Assembly: GCA_964648855.1 (NCBI GenBank)
Contig: CAZYLT010000013.1
Span: 4,932 to 68,931 of the forward strand
DNA from: an uncultured archaeon
GTDB lineage: Archaea; Asgardarchaeota; Thorarchaeia; Thorarchaeales; Thorarchaeaceae
DNA length: 64,000 nt
Reading direction: 5' to 3'
Within the stretch, counting starts at the first letter, position 1, and each line of letters opens with the position of its first letter. Both the position numbers and the translations under genes were made by a program. This document shows, piece by piece, positions 58,834 to 64,000 of this stretch. Below the pieces are notes generated by a model. It was not told the DNA's origin. It did no database searches and was given only the letters and a program-made list of their open reading frames with translations.

Positions 58834-59898
58834 TTGGTCAGCAAAGAACAACTCGATAGTCTTGATGGCCGGATGATTCATGATGCGCTTTTGCAGCAAG
58901 AAGAAGACCGAGGTATCAGATGTCTCACCTGCTGTCATCGTTGTGTGATTCGAGAGGGAGGCACGGGAATCTGTGACACCCGTGCAAATATCGATGGCAC
59001 AATCAAGACCTTAGTGTACGGAAATATTTCCTCTCTGAGCAGTAATCCTGTCGAAAAGAAACCATTCTTTCACTTTGCACCGGGGACTACAGCCTTTACT
59101 GTCGGAAGCTGGGGCTGCAACGCATCCTGCGAATTTTGCCAAAATTACTCCATCTCCCGTGCGTCCCCCATCTCAAAGTCATCACGCTACTTGAGTCCAG
59201 AGGGGTTCATAGATGCAGCTCAACGAGAAGGAGCCGAGGGAATCTCTATCTCATTCAATGAGGCACCCACCCTCATGTTGGAATGGAATCTGAAGGCATT
59301 CGAAATCGCGCATGAACGGGGTTTGTATAATACTATTGTAACCAACGGGTACATGACTCTCCAAGCCCTTGATGCGCTGATTGATGCCGGTTTGGATGCG
59401 GCGAATGTCGACATGAAAGGATGCGGACCTGCAGTCAAGAAGATATGTGGTATCACGACTGAGCCAGTGTGGGAAAACATAATCCACCTAAAGGAAAGAG
59501 GGGTCCATACCGAAGTCACTACGCTGGTTGTGCCCGGATTAAGCGATGATGAGGAATGCTTGGAGAGTATTGCAGCGCGTATCAAAGAGGACGCTGGAAA
59601 AGAGACGCCGTGGCATTTGAGTAAGTATTATCCAGCGTATAAATACGATGAACCACCAACTCAGCTAAGCACTCTGCTAGCTGCTCGAGATATCGGACGA
59701 GATATTGGACTAGAATATGTCTATATTGGAAATGTGAGGGAGCCGGGTCTCGAAGACACAATCTGTCCGAGCTGTGGACAAATTTGCTATGAGAGGAGAG
59801 GTTACCTATCCAAGAACACTGGAACGGATCAATTCGGAAAGTGTGACAGCTGTGGGCATGACCTAGGCATCAAATTCTGGCCCCTTGAAGAACGGTGA
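58834..59898 (+). CDS. AmmeMemoRadiSam-system radical SAM enzyme (PFL-activating-enzyme-like)
   Basis: N-terminal Cys cluster CLTCCHRCVIREGGTGICDTR, radical SAM CNASCEFCQNY, C-terminal CPSCGQ...CDSCGH. Confidence 0.8.
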   Translation: MVSKEQLDSLDGRMIHDALLQQEEDRGIRCLTCCHRCVIREGGTGICDTRANIDGTIKTLVYGNISSLSSNPVEKKPFFHFAPGTTAFTVGSWGCNASCEFCQNYSISRASPISKSSRYLSPEGFIDAAQREGAEGISISFNEAPTLMLEWNLKAFEIAHERGLYNTIVTNGYMTLQALDALIDAGLDAANVDMKGCGPAVKKICGITTEPVWENIIHLKERGVHTEVTTLVVPGLSDDEECLESIAARIKEDAGKETPWHLSKYYPAYKYDEPPTQLSTLLAARDIGRDIGLEYVYIGNVREPGLEDTICPSCGQICYERRGYLSKNTGTDQFGKCDSCGHDLGIKFWPLEER

Positions 59899-60022
59899 AG
59901 GGTGAGGAGAATAATAGTAGAAGCCTCCAAAATTGGATATGATTATGAGTCTTGCTCATTTCATAGGAAATTGACAGTAGTGAGTATTTGCCTTTTGATT
60001 TGTTCGGGCACATTCATAACTT

Positions 60023-60664
60023 GTGATGAGGAAATGTAAACGGTGTTTAGGAATGTGGTTCATCATATCGCTAATGGGTGCTCTAATTCTGATGCCGTTG
60101 CATTTCATCTCCGTTGAGCATCAGAAGCTTAAGAGGCAATTTGGAGAACATCGAGGCCGAAGAGTGGGAATTGCGCTGGGAGTCATATCAGGATGGGGGT
60201 ATTTCATATTTCTCTTTGGTCTTTGGTTGTCCCCCCAACCGAGGTTATTTCTACCGATGGAAGAGATAATCAGATTCTCAATCCCCATAGTTGCTATAGA
60301 AACCTCATTGACCAATATTACTCTTGGATTCTTCTTTTTGATACCCGGTGCATGGCTTGGATTGCGTGGCGTCTTGGATCTAGGGCTGCGTGTATCAGAA
60401 ACACATAGACCAGAGAAACTCGTTACAACGGGGATTTATCAGAAAATAAGGCACCCACAATATCTAGGTGCAATTCTCTCTCATGTAGGGATCAGCATAA
60501 TGTTCTCCTCGCTATACTCCTTTTTGGTGACACCCGTTCTGATTATTCGAGATTTTGTCATATGTAAGAAGGAAGACAGTGAGTTAGCTAAAGAGTTCGG
60601 AGAGGAGTATGAGGACTATCAAGAAAGAGTCCCCCTGTTTCGCCCCAATAGGAGATCACAATAG
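60023..60664 (+). CDS. isoprenylcysteine carboxyl methyltransferase (ICMT)/phospholipid methyltransferase family membrane protein
   Basis: LVTTGIYQKIRHPQYLGAIL signature in TM context. Confidence 0.7.
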   Translation: MMRKCKRCLGMWFIISLMGALILMPLHFISVEHQKLKRQFGEHRGRRVGIALGVISGWGYFIFLFGLWLSPQPRLFLPMEEIIRFSIPIVAIETSLTNITLGFFFLIPGAWLGLRGVLDLGLRVSETHRPEKLVTTGIYQKIRHPQYLGAILSHVGISIMFSSLYSFLVTPVLIIRDFVICKKEDSELAKEFGEEYEDYQERVPLFRPNRRSQ

Positions 60665-60699
60665 CGCCAACCCAAGAAACTATTGGCTCCTATTCCGCA

Positions 60700-61086
60700 T
60701 TATTCTATGCCTATTCTGGCTGCCACTTTTACCAGCACGAATGCAACAAATGCAATTATGATGAACGTGACTACCTCGCCAGCGAATGCGCCAACTCCGA
60801 AGGGGCCAATAGAGATGGCTTGCCAATCTACTTCGGGAAGAACGAGTTCAACTACTGGCATCACAATATAGTCCACCAAAGCGCTAACGACATTTCCCAA
60901 ATAAATTGCAAGGATGAAAGCTACAGCGAGCCCAAGAACCTTGTACTTCTTCAGAAATGTCACAAATTCATCTACGAAGTTGTCAGGGGGTTGTGGAGGA
61001 GGACTGGGACTAAGCAATTTCCGTATCTCTCTCAATTCCTCTAACATCTGTTCGTCTGTTGACATGATATTCCACCGCGAATCCAA
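60700..61086 (-). CDS. mscL: large-conductance mechanosensitive channel (MscL-like)
   Basis: FLKKYKVLGLAVAFILAIYLGNVVSALVDYIVMPVV resembles MscL TM1; two TM helices; likely start at an internal Met. Confidence 0.6.
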   Translation of the reverse strand: MDSRWNIMSTDEQMLEELREIRKLLSPSPPPQPPDNFVDEFVTFLKKYKVLGLAVAFILAIYLGNVVSALVDYIVMPVVELVLPEVDWQAISIGPFGVGAFAGEVVTFIIIAFVAFVLVKVAARIGIE

Positions 61087-61139
61087 GGAAAAGCATGTGC
61101 ATTACTTTGGATATAGTTCTTTTGCCAAAACAAATCAGT

Positions 61140-61400
61140 CTAGAAGAGATACTGCATGGGCAACAAACCGATCATAGCCAGAATAATCCCGACAAGAAGG
61201 TGCTTTCTGCTATTCGTTTTAGTGCCCCAGCTCAAGAAAGCCCCACCTACGCCTACAAACAAGGAGAGGATTGCATACAGCCATACCAATTCTAAGAGAG
61301 GCAAGCCGTACAAGACAAAGCGTAGAAAGAGACCCAGCAGTGTATAGATTAAAACATCTCTTACTATCATTTCTTCAATTTCGGGCATTCTTGATAACAC
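61140..61400 (-). CDS. small membrane protein (86 aa)
   Basis: Three hydrophobic helices; no motif. Confidence 0.3.
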   Translation of the reverse strand: MLSRMPEIEEMIVRDVLIYTLLGLFLRFVLYGLPLLELVWLYAILSLFVGVGGAFLSWGTKTNSRKHLLVGIILAMIGLLPMQYLF

Positions 61401-61521
61401 GCTCCATTCTCGTCTGTCTTATGGACAGTCAAAAGGCTTGTCTTCTAACACAAAATATGATTTCTCTAAAGAAAAAGAGTGCGTGAGGAGCAAGAGAACC
61501 CCTCAGAGCGCATCATGCAAT

Positions 61522-62403
61522 CTATTCGCTGCTTCTCAGCAGATAGTAGTCTACTATGTTCTTGCCTTTCATAATCGGTACAACAATAATTGCGACTAAC
61601 ACCACGATTACAGTACCGATGGCAGTATAGCTGATTGATGCAATGGCAGCCTGCTTAATTGCTATTCCAACACTTGCCCAAATTACAACAAGACCGAATG
61701 CAAAATCATGCCGCAAGAGAATCATCAATAGTGTAATGACTAATGCAATGATGATGACTGTAACAGTCCAGAGTTCTTGTATCGGTTGAGGAATCCCAGG
61801 AATCAATACATTGAGTACGGATGCCGTGCTGGCTATACTGGCAAGTGAAATCCATCCAAGATAGACACTGACAGGGAGATGAACTGCAATCTTTTCACTA
61901 AGAGGAACCCGTTTTTCGCCAATGCCCAGGCGGATGTAGGTGAATAGCAGCGTGATCAAGAGCAGAACTATTGGCACCTCGGACAGCACGAATAATGGGG
62001 GCACACCAAATGAGTAATGAAATACTATAAGCCAGGAAATATTGAAGATGGCGCCCAGCAAGTATAGGATGCCGATATCCTGCAGATACCCCTTTTCTCT
62101 CTCACTAGGTCTCGCCTGATAGATTGCAAAAGCAGTTAGAAGGATGTAAATGACCCCCCAAATTGCAAATACATAACCAGGGGGCGTGAACAAATTGGGA
62201 TAAGAGTCTGCCACTTGACCTGTATTGACCCCATTGAGAGGTAAGATGTTGACCAGTGAATTGAAAAATATTGTCCCGAAAATTGATATAACGTTGATGA
62301 TCTGAAGGACTCTGGCATCCGTTCCTGAAGACATGGTTCCATTAACCATGGTTAATGCATAAAAGGATGTCGCCAGGGATTTTGATACTGTGACACTAAG
62401 CAT
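61522..62403 (-). CDS. TspO/MBR-related polytopic membrane protein (extended form)
   Basis: SYPNLFTPPGYVFAIWGVIYILL matches the TspO conserved PPgwvF..vW..LY block; 293 aa, longer than canonical ~160-aa TspO. Confidence 0.4.
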   Translation of the reverse strand: MLSVTVSKSLATSFYALTMVNGTMSSGTDARVLQIINVISIFGTIFFNSLVNILPLNGVNTGQVADSYPNLFTPPGYVFAIWGVIYILLTAFAIYQARPSEREKGYLQDIGILYLLGAIFNISWLIVFHYSFGVPPLFVLSEVPIVLLLITLLFTYIRLGIGEKRVPLSEKIAVHLPVSVYLGWISLASIASTASVLNVLIPGIPQPIQELWTVTVIIIALVITLLMILLRHDFAFGLVVIWASVGIAIKQAAIASISYTAIGTVIVVLVAIIVVPIMKGKNIVDYYLLRSSE

Positions 62404-62569
62404 ATCGAGTAGTACTCGGACGCACTGGATAGATTACATACCTAACGAGAAGGAAGTCATCAACCACGATTCAAAGAGTTCCATGATTCTAATGATGACA
62501 GAATAAAGGATAAAACATGACCCCCCATGATGAATAATGAGGCCCTAAGATAAAAGGAGCAAATCTGTT

Positions 62570-63640
62570 ATGGAAACTGAATCAAGAAGAGATAAGCAAC
62601 CCATGTTGAGAGAAGTCTTCTTGATAGACGAAGGGCTACTGCAGTTTCACTATAGCAGTGATTCTTCAGCCAATGAAAATGATAAGGCAGTTCTTTCCTC
62701 CGGGTTGCTGACCGCATTACAGGACTTCAGCAGTCAGGCAAGGTCTGGATCTCTAGAATCCTTCCTGACAGGAGATGAGTATTTTCTATTTACAAAATGT
62801 CCAGAAACCGACAGAGCGGTTGTAGGAGTTTTTCACCGTTTCGCTCCAGAAGAATTGGCTCGCAAGTCTCTAGAGAGAATTCAAGAGGTATTCAAGAGTG
62901 CAGATATCCCTGATGCATCTGAAAGACAGCTGCCGGGTGATGAAAAACAGAGGTTGAGGAACCTCATAAGAGAGATAGGACTTCAACTATTCGACAAAGA
63001 GTACTTTGAATTGCATATTGAAAATCTACTGAGCAACAGAAGTGATATACCTCTAGCATTTCTTGTCGATGCTACGGACAAATCGCATGTGACACATTTC
63101 GCCCGACCAAAGCCTCTATTTCGGAGGAGTCAAGTGGATGATTTTCTTCTTCTCTATTCAACTTTAGACAAGTCTCTTACAAATCTCGGGGTGGCGCCTA
63201 GATACTCCTATTTCGTAATTCACTCACTCGGCTATGCAGCAGCGTCTTATAACTCGGCCCGATTTGCGAGTGTTGCGACAGGTGCCATGAGAGTCGATCC
63301 TCAGACGGTATTAGACGTAGCAGTCAAGATGTGTATTCCTTCGGGAGAGATGCCAGACATTCCCGACTTTGAACAGGGCGAGATAGAAGGAGTATCACTT
63401 CTGTTCAACAATGGAATTCTGAAGCATGAAAGCGGAGAGAAATTACCTGCTATGAGCCAAGTGTATCTTTCAACTCTTGTCAATAATGCTGACACATTCT
63501 TCAAATCGGTCAATCGACGAGTCTTCACACGATTTGACGTGTTCGGGGGAACAACTCAGCAGAGAGGCATATCCTTGGTCCGAGAAGGCAACGAAAAATC
63601 GCTAAGAGTAGAGCTCATTCGTTTTTCACAAAGTGAATAG
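62570..63640 (+). CDS. hypothetical protein with two roadblock/LC7-like (longin-like) repeats
   Basis: Internal repeat: VFLIDEGLLQFHY...LSSGLLTALQDF vs AFLVDATDKSHVTHF...FLLLYSTLDKSL, each resembling the roadblock v.lvD.dG pattern; assignment tentative. Confidence 0.4.
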   Translation: METESRRDKQPMLREVFLIDEGLLQFHYSSDSSANENDKAVLSSGLLTALQDFSSQARSGSLESFLTGDEYFLFTKCPETDRAVVGVFHRFAPEELARKSLERIQEVFKSADIPDASERQLPGDEKQRLRNLIREIGLQLFDKEYFELHIENLLSNRSDIPLAFLVDATDKSHVTHFARPKPLFRRSQVDDFLLLYSTLDKSLTNLGVAPRYSYFVIHSLGYAAASYNSARFASVATGAMRVDPQTVLDVAVKMCIPSGEMPDIPDFEQGEIEGVSLLFNNGILKHESGEKLPAMSQVYLSTLVNNADTFFKSVNRRVFTRFDVFGGTTQQRGISLVREGNEKSLRVELIRFSQSE

Positions 63641-63693
63641 TAACTCATTTTAGTAGGCGATTCTCCTATTTTCTATCGACGGATGAGAAACTC

Positions 63694-64000
63694 ATGCTGG
63701 AGAACACTGAGAATAGGCATTCAGGTAAAGAGAGCTCGCAGCTAGAAGCGGTATTTCTATACATGGGAATACTCGATGCGTATGAAGCTGTGGGCGTTGA
63801 GTTGATAGGGCCCGATGTCTTAGAGAATCATGTGCTGCCTAGAATGATATATTATGTTACCGAGTTTTTGCCAGAGGTCTTCTCAGAGCGCGCAAACACA
63901 GATGAGCTCACAAGAGAGCTAGAGGAATTCATTGCTGACTTCCGCGAGCGTGTTGATCGTGCACGCGAATCAGGATCCGCTAAGGGGTTGAGTATTGAGG
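63694..64000 (+). CDS. hypothetical protein (3'-truncated by window end)
   Basis: ATG 63694 opens a frame with no stop to the window edge (MLENTENRHSGKESSQLEAVFLYMGILDAYEAVGVELIGPDVLENHVLPRMIYYVTEF...). Confidence 0.3.
   Translation, partial: MLENTENRHSGKESSQLEAVFLYMGILDAYEAVGVELIGPDVLENHVLPRMIYYVTEFLPEVFSERANTDELTRELEEFIADFRERVDRARESGSAKGLSIE

Noticed and set aside
60683-61044. + strand ORFs (62 and 74 aa) overlapping mscL
   Set aside because: Antisense to the MscL-like gene and lacking start-signal support.
1-64000. CRISPR arrays, tRNA/rRNA genes, transposases/integrases
   Set aside because: No regularly spaced direct repeats, no tRNA-like T-loop/anticodon-stem patterns and no transposase- or integrase-like ORFs were found on reading both strands. 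This is by eye only, so a tRNAscan/CRISPR-finder run is still advisable.

Overview
Taxonomy: The window reads as a gene-dense chromosomal segment of an uncultivated archaeon; no homology search was possible. The archaeal call rests on several families seen together: Lrp/AsnC regulators, a tungsten-type aldehyde:ferredoxin oxidoreductase, HdrB/HdrC-like iron-sulfur proteins, an F420-type luciferase-like oxidoreductase, MTH1187- and MTH938-family proteins, an AmmeMemoRadiSam radical SAM enzyme, and BRE/TATA-like promoter motifs with GGAGG/GGTGA ribosome-binding sites. GC looks moderate by eye; no number was computed.

Gene content: 1-30 kb is mostly amino-acid and peptide catabolism with redox functions: glycine-cleavage P-protein subunits gcvPA/gcvPB translationally coupled to an NAD-kinase-like gene, a DapB-like amine dehydrogenase, a Liv-type ABC transporter split by an antisense AOR gene, an M24 peptidase, a convergent HdrC-like/HdrB-like pair next to an F420-type oxidoreductase, a TPP-dependent E1 alpha/beta pair, a nitrilase-family hydrolase and three EamA transporters. 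30.4-44.8 kb is the most unusual part: a contiguous island of signal-peptide proteins plus two atypical regulators. It holds two tandem paralogous N-glycosylation-sequon-rich surface proteins with C-terminal membrane anchors, a zinc phospholipase C/P1-nuclease-like enzyme, a subtilisin, a lamin-tail-domain + HEXXH metalloprotease-like giant protein and an 890-aa Ig-repeat giant protein. The regulators are a winged HTH fused to a polytopic membrane domain and a double-HTH Lrp-like protein. 45-64 kb holds housekeeping, repair and stress genes (threonine-dehydratase-like, MutY-like glycosylase, Ldh_2 dehydrogenase, MsrB, UvdE, pirin, MBL hydrolase, radical SAM, ICMT-like methyltransferase, MscL, TspO-like). 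It also holds an orphan multi-TM protein of about 12 helices with a degenerate histidine-kinase-like tail, a ~1.1 kb mostly non-coding stretch with two tiny ORFs, and a tandem roadblock-like protein.

Negatives and limits: No CRISPR array, tRNA/rRNA gene or obvious transposase was found. All functional calls come from motif and family recognition by eye and should be confirmed by HMM/BLAST searches.
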